A stretch of DNA of 64,000 bases from Acidimicrobiia bacterium (GTDB lineage Bacteria > Actinomycetota > Acidimicrobiia > Spongiisociales > ZC4RG35). The notes beneath the pieces were generated by a model. The model saw only the letters and a program-made list of their open reading frames with translations, was not told where the DNA came from and did not search any database. Location of the stretch: NCBI GenBank assembly GCA_050329955.1, contig JBHJOH010000077.1, positions 14,455-78,454 on the forward strand. Direction: 5' to 3'. Position numbers and translations under genes: made by a program. Below are positions 19,164 through 28,245 of the stretch, piece by piece. Numbering within the stretch: position 1 is the first letter of the stretch; each line of letters begins with the position of its first letter.

Positions 19164-19430
19164 GTGAGTCTCGATCGCGACCTGCTGGACGCGGTGCGGG
19201 AGCTCGACGAACACGGCCTCCGTCGTCTCCTCATCCTCGCCCGGGCCCGGCTCGAGACCACCGGAGTCCCATTGTCCGCCCAGCCCAACGTGCGCCTCCG
19301 TCAACGCGCCGTGAAGTGCGGCAAGAGCGGGTGTGTCTCCTGCCCTCACGGGCCGTACTGGTACGCCTACTGGTCGGAAGGCGGCCGCAGGCGTTCGAGG
19401 TACATCGGCCGCCTGCTCGACGAAGACTGA
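19164..19430 (+). CDS. Small hypothetical protein with C-terminal Cys/His motif (CGKSGCVSCPHGPYWYAYW)
   Basis: 88-aa ORF with GTG start and a compact putative zinc-binding motif. Function unknown. Confidence 0.4.
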   Translation: MSLDRDLLDAVRELDEHGLRRLLILARARLETTGVPLSAQPNVRLRQRAVKCGKSGCVSCPHGPYWYAYWSEGGRRRSRYIGRLLDED

Positions 19431-19550
19431 TCCGCCGGGAGCGGCGACCAGGCCGTCTCCGTCGGTGGTTCTGCGTTCTGCGCCAACCCGATAGAATGCT
19501 GGAGTCGTAGAGGTCGTAGAGCGGGGATCTCAGTCCATGAAGTGTCCACC

Positions 19551-19724
19551 ATGAAGTGTCCACAATGCGGTGCCGGCGACGTCATCGAGATCAAGAACAA
19601 GATCGACGAGATCGAGATCGACTTCTTCTCGTGTCATCGCTGTGAGGAGAAGTGGTGGGACCGCAGTGGCGAGTCGGTGTCGCTCCGCGAGGTTCTCGAC
19701 ATCGTCCGGCGGGCACGGGGCTGA
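19551..19724 (+). CDS. Small zinc-ribbon protein (CPQCG...CHRCEEKWW)
   Basis: 57 aa from ATG 19551. A 13-nt direct duplication atgaagtgtccac at 19538 and 19551 creates an upstream decoy ATG that terminates after 5 codons. Confidence 0.45.
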   Translation: MKCPQCGAGDVIEIKNKIDEIEIDFFSCHRCEEKWWDRSGESVSLREVLDIVRRARG

Positions 19725-19735
19725 CCGGCCCCTCC

Positions 19736-22057
19736 ATGGCGACCGAAAACCGGAAGAGTGTCCGTTCCTGGACGCATGTTCTGATCGCAGCGGCGTCGTC
19801 GCTGGTCGTGCTCACGGTTCTCAACCCGCAGCTGGTGCTCACCGCCACCACCCCGGCGGGTGGCGACATGGGTGCCCACGTGCTCGGCCCTGCCTATCTG
19901 CGTGATGTCCTGCTCCCACAGGGCAAGTTGCTCGGGTGGTCGGACGCCTGGTTCGCCGGGTTCCCCGCCTTCTACTTCTACTTCCCGCTGCCGTCGCTGT
20001 TCATCGTTTTCCTCGACCTGTTCCTGCCGTATGGAGTCGCCTTCAAACTGGCCACGATCCTCGGTCTGATCGGGCTCCCCCCAGCGGTGCTGTATCTGGC
20101 CCGCAGCATCGGGTTCTCCACCACGATTGCCTCGGTGGCATCCGCCGGGTCGGCGGTGTTCGCGTTGATGGAGAGCTACACGATCTACGGCGGCAACGTC
20201 GCCTCGAGCATGGCGGGTGAGTTCGCCTACTCCTGGTCGTTCTCACTCGGGATGGTCTACCTGGGTCTGCTGATCAAGGCGGTGAGAGACGACGCTCGCT
20301 ACGTGCCGTGGGCGGTGGCTGCGCTGGCTGCGACCGTGCTGTCGCACATCCTCACCACGCTCGTGCTGGTGTTCGCATCCTTCACCGTGCTGGCTTGGAA
20401 GGGAACCTTCCGCACCGCCGTCCGCATCTGGGTGTGGGCGTTCGCCATCACCGGGTTCTGGACGGTCCCTCTGCTCGCCCGGATCGGGCTGACCTCGGAC
20501 ATGTCATGGACGCCGCTGAGTCGGTGGGAGGAGGTGTTCCCGCTCGAGTTGTGGATCCTGATGCCGTTCGCCCTGGGCGGGCTCATCTGGGCGATGCTGC
20601 GCCATCCCCGAAGCCTTCCGGTGGTGGCCGCCATGCTCGTTCCGATCATCTACTACCCGCTCCCGGGGATTCTCCCGTCCTTCATCGAGTCGTTGGAAGG
20701 CGAGCGGTGGAAGCTCTGGAACGGTCGGCTGCTTCCCTATTGGTACTTCGGGGTCATCTTCTTCGCCTCGATCGGGATCGGGAGGTTGCTGGTGGCGGCA
20801 ACCCGACGGATGCCGGACCGGATCTCGGGTTGGTGGGCGCGTGCCGCCGGTGTGGCTGCCGCCGGTGGTCTCGGGTGGCTGCTGGTGTTCCGGGAGGGCC
20901 CGGTGTGGTCCGGGTGGGCGTTGGCGGGTCTTGGAGTGGTGGTGGCGGCGCTGTCGCTCACCTGGATGGCCCCGATTCCCACCAGGGCGTTCATGGCGGT
21001 GACGGTGGCGGCACTGCTGGCGTTCGGCTCGCTGGCGGGGACCAACTTCATCTTCAAGTGGTCGCGATGGAACTACTCGGGCTACGAGGCGAAGACGGCG
21101 TGGCCCGAGTACCAGGGGGTGATGGCGCAGATGGCGCAACTACCCCCCGGGCGGGTCATGTGGGAGCAGGACTCCACGTCGAGCACGGGGCTCGACAAGT
21201 ACGGCACCCCGATGGCGCCGATGTTGTTCCCCTACTGGACCGACTGGACGCATCCCTCGATGGAGGGCTTGTTCTTCGAGTCTTCGCTGTCCACTCCGTT
21301 CCACTTCCTCAACGCCACCGAGATGAGCGCCAAGCCGTCATCTCCGATTCCGGGACTCGAGTATCACCCGTTCGATTTCGATCGGGGGCTGCCGCACCTC
21401 GAGACGTTCGGTGTGCGCTACTACGTCTCGTATTCCACCGACGCCGCCGCCAAGGCGGACGACCGGCCCGAATTGACCAAGGTGGCCGACGCCGCCCCGT
21501 TCGCCATCTACGAGCTGTCCGAGGTGAACCAGGTGGAGGCCCTCACGCTGCTGCCGTCGGTGTTCGCAACCGCCGAGCAGCCACTCGAAGACGACCCCGG
21601 CAACTTCGATGACTTCGCCCTCGATTGGTATGGCGAGCTGGATGCGCTCGACCACATCGCGGTGACGGATGGGCTGGCATCGTGGGACACGGTGTCCCGG
21701 GTCTCGGACATGGTCGATGTCCCCACCGGCGCCGACTCCACGGCGGTATCGGACGTGGTGATGGGCGACCATGTCATCACGTTCCGCACCACGGCCGTCG
21801 GGGTACCGCACCTTGTGAAGGTCTCGTACTTTCCGAACTGGACGGTGGAGGGAGCCGACGGTCCCTTCCATTCCACACCTTCGCTGATGGTGGTGGTGCC
21901 GACGAAGGAGGAGGTCACGTTGCGGTTCCAGAACAGTTGGGCGGAGAACACCGGCAATGTCCTCACCCTCGTCGGGATCGGAGGGCTGGGGTGGGTGGCC
22001 ATCGACCGGCGTCGCAAGCGTGGCGCCGAGCCGCTCAGCTCCGAAGCGCCCGCCTGA
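19736..22057 (+). CDS. Polytopic membrane protein with C-terminal extracytoplasmic domain, GT-C-like putative lipid-linked-sugar glycosyltransferase
   Basis: 773 aa from MATENRK. About 12 predicted TM helices with aromatic-rich loops (FPAFYFYFPLPSLF, LFPYWTDWTHPS), then a ~280-aa soluble domain. Convergent with, and overlapping by 23 nt, the polyprenyl-phosphate sugar synthase gene. Confidence 0.65.
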   Translation: MATENRKSVRSWTHVLIAAASSLVVLTVLNPQLVLTATTPAGGDMGAHVLGPAYLRDVLLPQGKLLGWSDAWFAGFPAFYFYFPLPSLFIVFLDLFLPYGVAFKLATILGLIGLPPAVLYLARSIGFSTTIASVASAGSAVFALMESYTIYGGNVASSMAGEFAYSWSFSLGMVYLGLLIKAVRDDARYVPWAVAALAATVLSHILTTLVLVFASFTVLAWKGTFRTAVRIWVWAFAITGFWTVPLLARIGLTSDMSWTPLSRWEEVFPLELWILMPFALGGLIWAMLRHPRSLPVVAAMLVPIIYYPLPGILPSFIESLEGERWKLWNGRLLPYWYFGVIFFASIGIGRLLVAATRRMPDRISGWWARAAGVAAAGGLGWLLVFREGPVWSGWALAGLGVVVAALSLTWMAPIPTRAFMAVTVAALLAFGSLAGTNFIFKWSRWNYSGYEAKTAWPEYQGVMAQMAQLPPGRVMWEQDSTSSTGLDKYGTPMAPMLFPYWTDWTHPSMEGLFFESSLSTPFHFLNATEMSAKPSSPIPGLEYHPFDFDRGLPHLETFGVRYYVSYSTDAAAKADDRPELTKVADAAPFAIYELSEVNQVEALTLLPSVFATAEQPLEDDPGNFDDFALDWYGELDALDHIAVTDGLASWDTVSRVSDMVDVPTGADSTAVSDVVMGDHVITFRTTAVGVPHLVKVSYFPNWTVEGADGPFHSTPSLMVVVPTKEEVTLRFQNSWAENTGNVLTLVGIGGLGWVAIDRRRKRGAEPLSSEAPA

Positions 22058-22778
22058 TCGCCAGCAGGCCCTTGATCGTGCGCGGAACGCGCTTGAGCAG
22101 GGATGAGCGGGCGGGGCGGAGCTCCTCGACGATCACGGGCACTTCCGTGATGCGGGCCCCCGCCCGCTCCATCCGGACCACCAATTCGGTGTCGTAGAGG
22201 TCCTTGCGGCTCACGACGTCCAAAGCATGCAGACGTGCCGCCGCAGCCCGGAAGGCCTTGATGCCGTGGGTATCGGAGACCCTCGACCCCAGGATGGTTC
22301 GAAGCAACAGGTTGAACCCAAAGGTGGCGAACCGTCGGAACGCCGAGCGCCGGTCCTCGGACCGTGGATCGCGCTTTGATGCGATCACCACATCGGCCGA
22401 GGAGGTCAGCGATGACAGATCCTCCAGGAACTGGGCCGAGAAGTAGTCGATGTCGAAGGTGACCACCCAGTCGCCGGTGGCGACGAGGATCCCTTCCCTC
22501 ATCGCCCCGCCGTAGTCGGGCGTGGGCAGCTCGTGGATCTGCACGGAGTCCCCGGCGGCGAGACGGGCAGCCGCCGCCGTCCCGTCGGTGGAGCCGTTCT
22601 CCATGATGAGGATCTCGGCACCCGGATACACCGAGTGGGCGGCCTCGATCAGGCGCGGCAATCCCACCGGTATGAATGCCGCCTCGTTGTGGACGGGGAC
22701 GACGATTGAGACCTCGGGCGGTTGCGTTGGCATGGGAGCGGAAGTGTAGGAAGCGGTTCGGGCGAGCAAGGCTCCCAC
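22035..22778 (-). CDS. GT2 family polyprenyl-phosphate sugar synthase-like glycosyltransferase (DPM1/Ppm-like)
   Basis: VSIVVPVHNE...MENGSTDGT...TFDIDY motifs. Alternative start at 22733 (MPTQPPEVSIVVP). Confidence 0.75.
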   Translation of the reverse strand: MGALLARTASYTSAPMPTQPPEVSIVVPVHNEAAFIPVGLPRLIEAAHSVYPGAEILIMENGSTDGTAAAARLAAGDSVQIHELPTPDYGGAMREGILVATGDWVVTFDIDYFSAQFLEDLSSLTSSADVVIASKRDPRSEDRRSAFRRFATFGFNLLLRTILGSRVSDTHGIKAFRAAAARLHALDVVSRKDLYDTELVVRMERAGARITEVPVIVEELRPARSSLLKRVPRTIKGLLAIRRALRS

Positions 22779-22837
22779 TCCTCAAGGAACCGTCAACGTC
22801 GGCCGATGGTTTCCTTTCGAGAGGCCTTTCCGAAGGG

Positions 22838-24082
22838 ATGGAAGTGATCAGGAACGCTCACCTCGTCGCGCTCGCGCTGCTGTTGGCCGCCTGTACCGAG
22901 TCGGGATCCACCGACTCCACCGGAGGCGACGCCGCGGCTGCGACGACGACCACCACTGTCGCAACCACGACCAGCACCACCATGGCGCCGACTGATATGA
23001 CGGCGGCCACATGTACCGCGCTCAAGGTGGCGCTGTTCGATCTGGACGAATCGCTGGGGCAGGCATTCGCCGACCCCGAGGGGGTGGACGGCCTCAGCGA
23101 CGAGGAGGCGGCGGTGGCCTTCCTGTCGCCGCTCGTCAACTTCTACGAGGAGCTGGCGGCCATCTCGGAGACGGCGCCGTCAGAGGTGGCGGGGCCCCTG
23201 GGAGGACTCTCGGAGTCGGTTCAGCCGTTGGCCGACATCCTGGCGTCCGGCGACCTGGCGGGCCTCGACCTGGAGGGGACGGGATCGCCGCTCGAGCTGA
23301 CCAGTGAGTACTCCGTCGAGGTGGATGCCTGGGCAGCCGAGAACTGCGGCACCTCTACCTCCTTCGACCCTGAGCAGCTGCTCACCACCACCCTGTTCAC
23401 CGCCGCCTTCGGTGCCCTGGGCGGGGCCCTCGGCGAGTTGGGCGGGAGCCTGGGCGAACTGGGGGAGGGAGTGGATGGCCTGGGCGGGACGAGCTCGGGT
23501 GAGGTCTACGGCGACGACCCCGAGCTGGACGCCCTTTGGGACGCTTGCGAGGAAGGTGACGACGTGGCCTGCGATGACCTGTACTGGTCGACCTTCGGCG
23601 TGTACGAGGCGTTCGCCCAGACCTGTGGAGGACGGGCGCCCTACAACCCGAACGGGGGAGGCTCGTGCGAGGAGCGGATGGTGTCGGATGGGCCCATGGC
23701 CTACGGCGACGACCCCAATCTCGACACGCTGTGGGACGCCTGCGAAGCAGGGGACACCTTCTCCTGTGACAGCCTGTCGGGGTCGGCACCGGTGGCCAGC
23801 GAGTACGCCACATTCGGGGCCACGTGTGGCGGCGCCTCCGAGAACGACACGCCCAAGTCGTGTTCAGATCCCGATCAGGCCTTCACCTACGGTGATGATG
23901 CCGAGCTCGATGCGCTCTGGGACGCCTGCGAGCAAGGGGATGCGGGCGCCTGCAGCGACCTGTTCTTCGAGTCCCCGCTGTCATCGGGATACGAGACCTT
24001 CGGAGACACCTGTGAGACCCTGCTCGGGCGTGACCAGGACTGCACACTCATGGTCGAGCTGCTGAAACCGGTGCGAGGATGA
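22838..24082 (+). CDS. Lipoprotein with three ~60-aa Cys-rich repeats (YGDDPxLDxLWDACExGDxxxCDxL...TCGG)
   Basis: Lipobox LVALALLLAAC, Thr-rich linker, then repeats at about aa 230, 290 and 350, each with 4 Cys. No family I recognise. Confidence 0.7.
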   Translation: MEVIRNAHLVALALLLAACTESGSTDSTGGDAAAATTTTTVATTTSTTMAPTDMTAATCTALKVALFDLDESLGQAFADPEGVDGLSDEEAAVAFLSPLVNFYEELAAISETAPSEVAGPLGGLSESVQPLADILASGDLAGLDLEGTGSPLELTSEYSVEVDAWAAENCGTSTSFDPEQLLTTTLFTAAFGALGGALGELGGSLGELGEGVDGLGGTSSGEVYGDDPELDALWDACEEGDDVACDDLYWSTFGVYEAFAQTCGGRAPYNPNGGGSCEERMVSDGPMAYGDDPNLDTLWDACEAGDTFSCDSLSGSAPVASEYATFGATCGGASENDTPKSCSDPDQAFTYGDDAELDALWDACEQGDAGACSDLFFESPLSSGYETFGDTCETLLGRDQDCTLMVELLKPVRG

Positions 24083-25479
24083 GCTCAACCGAGGCGGCTG
24101 TGTCGGGTGGCGGCCAGGGTGCGTACAATCGTCCCATGGCGCTAGACACGGTCTTCAAGGCGTATGACATTCGCGGGCGCACCGACACCGGCGAGCTCAC
24201 CCCCGAACTCGCCTGGGGAGTCGGTGCCGGCTTCGCTCGCCTGGTCGGTGGGGAAACCATCACCGTGGGACGTGATTGCCGCGCATCGTCGCCCGCCATC
24301 GCCGGTGCGCTCATCGACGGCATCACCTCGATGGGCGTCGACGTCATCGACCTGGGAGAGGTCGCCACCGACACCGTGTACTACGTGTCGGGGGTGCGCT
24401 CGATCGCCGGGGCGATGGTCACCGCCTCCCACAATCCGGCGGAGTACAACGGCATCAAGCTGTGCAAGGCCGGTGCCGCCCCGGTAGGGGTGGAGACCGG
24501 CCTGGCCGACATCAAGGCCATGATCGAAGCAGGCATCGAGCCGGGCCCCGGTGAAGGCACCGTCACCCGCTTCGATCCGGTGCCCGGCTACGTCGACCAT
24601 CTCTTCTCGGTGGTGGATGCCTCGAAGATCGCCGACCTGCGGGTGGCGGTGGACGGTGGCAACGGGATGGCCGGTGTCGTGCTCGAAGGGGTGTTCGACC
24701 GGCTCGGTGCCGAGCTGATCGGCCTCTATCTGGAACCTGACGGAACCTTCCCGAATCATCCGGCTGATCCGCTGCAGCCTGAGAACCTCGAGGACCTGGT
24801 GGCGCTGATCGGTCGCGACAAGCCCGATCTGGGTGTGGCCTTCGATGGGGACGCAGACCGGGCATTCTTCGTGGACGACACCGGGTCGCCGGTGTCGGGC
24901 AGCACCACCACCGCCCTCGTGGCCCGCTGGTTCCTCGATCGGGAGCCGGGGGCCACCATCGTGCACAACCTGATCACGTCGCGGGCCGTTGCCGAGACCG
25001 TGCGCGCCCACGGTGGGGTCCCGGTTCGGACCAGGGTGGGACACTCCTACATCAAGAAGGTGATGGCCGACACCGGTGCCATCTTCGGAGGCGAGCACTC
25101 GGGCCATTACTACTTCCGGGCCAACTTCCGGGCCGACTCCGGCATGCTGGCGATGCTCGTGCTGCTCCAGGTGCTCTCGGAGTCCGGGAAAAAACTGTCG
25201 GAGCTGCGAACCGAGGTGGAGCCGTATTCGGCCTCCGGGGAGATCAACCTGTCGGTGTCGGATCCTGCTGCGGTGTTCGCCGCCGTGGAGCAAGCCTTCG
25301 GTGACGCCGAGATCGATCGTCTCGACGGTTTGACGGTCGGGTGGCCGGACCGATGGTTCAACCTGCGGGCATCCAACACCGAGCCGCTGATCCGGCTCAA
25401 CGTCGAGGCTCCCGACCGGGACGGGGTCGAGGAACTGGTGGCCCGGGTGCGTGAGGTCGCTGAAGGAACGTCGGCATGA
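24079..25479 (+). CDS. manB: Phosphomannomutase/phosphoglucomutase (alpha-D-phosphohexomutase)
   Basis: Active-site TASHNPAEYNGIKL, metal-binding FDGDADR, sugar-binding GGEHSGH. ATGA overlap with the upstream stop. Confidence 0.85.
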   Translation: MSSTEAAVSGGGQGAYNRPMALDTVFKAYDIRGRTDTGELTPELAWGVGAGFARLVGGETITVGRDCRASSPAIAGALIDGITSMGVDVIDLGEVATDTVYYVSGVRSIAGAMVTASHNPAEYNGIKLCKAGAAPVGVETGLADIKAMIEAGIEPGPGEGTVTRFDPVPGYVDHLFSVVDASKIADLRVAVDGGNGMAGVVLEGVFDRLGAELIGLYLEPDGTFPNHPADPLQPENLEDLVALIGRDKPDLGVAFDGDADRAFFVDDTGSPVSGSTTTALVARWFLDREPGATIVHNLITSRAVAETVRAHGGVPVRTRVGHSYIKKVMADTGAIFGGEHSGHYYFRANFRADSGMLAMLVLLQVLSESGKKLSELRTEVEPYSASGEINLSVSDPAAVFAAVEQAFGDAEIDRLDGLTVGWPDRWFNLRASNTEPLIRLNVEAPDRDGVEELVARVREVAEGTSA

Positions 25480-25630
25480 GCGTCGTCTCGCCGATCCTGC
25501 TGGAGATCCTTCGCTGTCCGAGGTGCATGGCGCCCCTCACCGGCGACGAGGCGACCTCGGAGCTGGTCTGCCAGGAGCAGGGACATCGCTACCCGGTGGT
25601 CGACGGGATCCCCGACATGGTCGTCGACTG
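25475..25630 (+). CDS. Trm112 family small protein (DUF343)
   Basis: Own translation: MSVVSPILLEILRCPRCMAPLTGDEATSELVCQEQGHRYPVVDGIPDMVVD, 51 aa. ATGA overlap with the manB stop. Absent from the ORF track (below the length cut-off). Confidence 0.6.
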
Positions 25631-25705
25631 AGCAGCCGCACCCAACCGACCCTTCCATCGAAGTCCACCAAGAACTCCAGGCAACTCCAGAGAAACGGAT
25701 TCACC

Positions 25706-26953
25706 ATGAACTACGACATCGCCACGCCCACCCTCTCCGAGCAGGGCAGCCAACGCCTCGTGTGGGCGGGTCGGCGGATGCAGGTCCTATCGACCATCCG
25801 CGAGCGTTTCCGCGCCGAGCGCCCCCTCGAGGGCAAGACCATCGCCGCCTGCCTCCATGTCACGGCCGAGACCGCCAACCTCATGCTGGCGCTGCGCGAT
25901 GCCGGTGCCCGTCCGATCCTGTGCGCCTCCAACCCACTGTCGACCCAGGACGACGTCGCCGCAGCACTGGTGGCCGAGGGGATCTCGGTGTTCGCCATCC
26001 GTGGCGAGGACAACACCAGCTACTACCAGCACCTCAACGCGGCCCTCGACATGGAACCCGACATCACCATGGACGACGGTGCCGACCTGGCGACGTTGCT
26101 GCACACCTCGCGCACCGACATCACCCCGCTCGGCTCCACCGAGGAGACCACCACCGGCGTGATTCGGCTGCGGGCGATGTTCGAGGAGGGCAAGCTCCGT
26201 CTGCCGGTTGTGGCCGTGAACGACTCCCAGACCAAACATCTCTTCGACAACAAGTACGGAACCGGCCAGTCGGCGATCGACGGCATCATCCGGGCCTCCA
26301 ACGTCCTGATAGCCGGCCTCACCGTGGTGGTGGTCGGGTACGGGAACTGCGGACAGGGCGTTGCCAACCGGGCGGACGGGCTCGGCGCCAAGGTCGTGGT
26401 GGTCGAGGTCGACCCGGTGCGGGCGCTGGCTGCCGCCATGGATGGGTACCGGGTGCTCACCGCTGATGACGCCGCCCGCATCGGCGACATCTTCCTCACG
26501 GTCACGGGCAACAAGCATGTGCTGCGCCAGCGGCACTTCGAAGTCATGAAGGACAGCGTGATCATCGCCAACGCCGGCCACTTCGACATCGAGCTCGATC
26601 TGGTAGCCCTGGGCGAGATGGCGCACGAGCGTCGCCAGGTCCGTGCCAACCTCGAGGAGTACCACCTCGCCGATGGTCGCCGCATCCTCGTGGCCGCCGA
26701 GGGACGGCTGGTCAACCTGGGAGCGGCCGAGGGCCATCCGGCCGACGTGATGGACATGTCGTTCTCGAACCAGGCTCTCGCCGCCGAGTGGCTCGTCGCC
26801 AACGAGGGCCGTCTCGAACCGGGCATCTACACCCTGGCCGACGAGATCGACCGTCACGTCGCCACCATCAAGCTGGAAGCACTGGGCGGCGGCCTCGAGA
26901 AGCTCACCCCTGAGCAGGAGGCCTATCTGTCAGGGTGGCAGGAAGGAACCTGA
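25706..26953 (+). CDS. ahcY: Adenosylhomocysteinase
   Basis: 415 aa from MNYDIATPTLSEQG. NAD motif GYGNCGQGVA and SAHH signatures (DDGADL, HFDIE). Confidence 0.9.
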   Translation: MNYDIATPTLSEQGSQRLVWAGRRMQVLSTIRERFRAERPLEGKTIAACLHVTAETANLMLALRDAGARPILCASNPLSTQDDVAAALVAEGISVFAIRGEDNTSYYQHLNAALDMEPDITMDDGADLATLLHTSRTDITPLGSTEETTTGVIRLRAMFEEGKLRLPVVAVNDSQTKHLFDNKYGTGQSAIDGIIRASNVLIAGLTVVVVGYGNCGQGVANRADGLGAKVVVVEVDPVRALAAAMDGYRVLTADDAARIGDIFLTVTGNKHVLRQRHFEVMKDSVIIANAGHFDIELDLVALGEMAHERRQVRANLEEYHLADGRRILVAAEGRLVNLGAAEGHPADVMDMSFSNQALAAEWLVANEGRLEPGIYTLADEIDRHVATIKLEALGGGLEKLTPEQEAYLSGWQEGT

Positions 26954-26956
26954 GAG

Positions 26957-27022
26957 AGCAGCTGCTAGCTGCTGGCTTCTTGCTTCTTGCTTCTAGCCAG
27001 TAGCCAGTAGCCAGTAGCCAGC
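26957..27022. repeat. Heptamer tandem array (CAGCTGC, TAGCTGC, CTTCTTG x3, CCAGTAG x4) starting 4 nt after the ahcY stop
   Basis: Read directly. Confidence 0.7.
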
Positions 27023-27057
27023 TCCTTTTTGTCACCCCCCTCCGATACGTTCCGGCG

Positions 27058-27657
27058 ATGGTCTGTCTTGCTTGTCGTGGGCTTTCGTCCGGTCGGTTGT
27101 GTGATCGCTGCGGTGCGGCGTTGCGGCCGGCGTCCGATCGTTGGGTCGAACCGGGGGTGTTGGTCCGGTCGGCGTATCTGCACGACGGGCCGGCCCGGCA
27201 TCTGGTGCACCGGTTGAAGTACGACGGGGTGGCTGCTGTCGCCCACGTCCTGGCGGGTTCGATGGCGCCGCTGGTCAGCGGCGCCTCGGCACTGGTCCCG
27301 GTTCCGCGCACAGTGGTCAGGAGACACCGCTTTGGCATCGACCCCGGTGCCGAGCTGGCAGCCGCTCTGGCCGCCTTGACCGGTATCCGGGTAGTGGCGG
27401 CGCTGCGGCCCGAGATCGTGGCTCGCGCCCGGGCCGGGCGGTCACGCGACGAGCGGAGAGAACCCGGTTTCCGGGTCCGGGCAGCTGCTCCGCCCGGTGC
27501 TGTGCTCATCGACGATGTCATCACCACGGGGAGCACGCTTCGCCACGTCGCCGGATTGACCGGCGTCGTCCGTGCAGTAACTGCGACTTCGCGGATTCTC
27601 GACTCAAGTTGGACGGGGAAACGTCCGAAAGACCAAGTGACTAGTCTCTTGGAGTGA
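27058..27657 (+). CDS. ComF family protein (double zinc ribbon plus phosphoribosyltransferase domain)
   Basis: N-terminal CLACRG...CDRCG and C-terminal PRTase motif VLIDDVITTGST. Confidence 0.75.
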   Translation: MVCLACRGLSSGRLCDRCGAALRPASDRWVEPGVLVRSAYLHDGPARHLVHRLKYDGVAAVAHVLAGSMAPLVSGASALVPVPRTVVRRHRFGIDPGAELAAALAALTGIRVVAALRPEIVARARAGRSRDERREPGFRVRAAAPPGAVLIDDVITTGSTLRHVAGLTGVVRAVTATSRILDSSWTGKRPKDQVTSLLE

Positions 27658-27695
27658 TTCAAAGAGGGTCCCTCCGGGGGGAAAGCTGAGGACAC

Positions 27696-28223
27696 GTGGA
27701 CGTTCGATTGCACTCACGCAACACCGTCATCGACGACGGATTGCGACGCATGATCGAAGACAAGGTCGGACGGGCAGGTCGTGTCTTCGATCACGACACG
27801 CGGGTCGACGTCGAGGTCTCGGAGGAGCACAATCCGAGGCGCGCTCCGGAGCGTTTCCGCATCGAACTCACGAGCTCTGTCGGCGGTCGCTTACTGCGCA
27901 TCGCCAGCGATGCGGCGACGCCGGAAGCGGCTCTCGACGATGCCGTCGAGCGGTTCACCCGTCAGCTCCGACGGCTCAAGGAACGCACCATCGACGGCCG
28001 CCGCAAGACGGGCGCCCCGCAGGTCGAGGTCGAACGTCCCGAGTCCGAAGAGGTGGTGCGCACCAAGCAGTTCACCATGAAGCCGATGACGCTCGAGGAG
28101 GCCGCCCTCCAGATGGATCTGGTGGGTCACGACTTCTTCTTCTTCCTGAATTCGGGAACCGACAAACAAAGTGTCTTGTACCGCCGCCGCGATGGCCGAC
28201 TCGGACTGATAGAGCCGGCATGA
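27696..28223 (+). CDS. hpf: Ribosome hibernation promoting factor, long form
   Basis: RaiA/S30AE N-domain and conserved C-terminal dimerisation domain (KQFTMKPMTLEEAALQMDLVGHDFFFFLN). Confidence 0.8.
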   Translation: MDVRLHSRNTVIDDGLRRMIEDKVGRAGRVFDHDTRVDVEVSEEHNPRRAPERFRIELTSSVGGRLLRIASDAATPEAALDDAVERFTRQLRRLKERTIDGRRKTGAPQVEVERPESEEVVRTKQFTMKPMTLEEAALQMDLVGHDFFFFLNSGTDKQSVLYRRRDGRLGLIEPA

Positions 28224-28245
28224 GTACCTGGGATCGATAACAGCC

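Noticed and set aside
19652-19735. Upstream extension of the GT-C membrane protein ORF (start at 19652)
   Set aside because: The extension overlaps the zinc-ribbon gene in another frame and encodes Arg/Pro-rich sequence. ATG at 19736 directly precedes the first hydrophobic segment.
25631-25705. Possible SAH riboswitch upstream of ahcY
   Set aside because: The 75-nt leader is too short and shows none of the conserved SAH-riboswitch helices.
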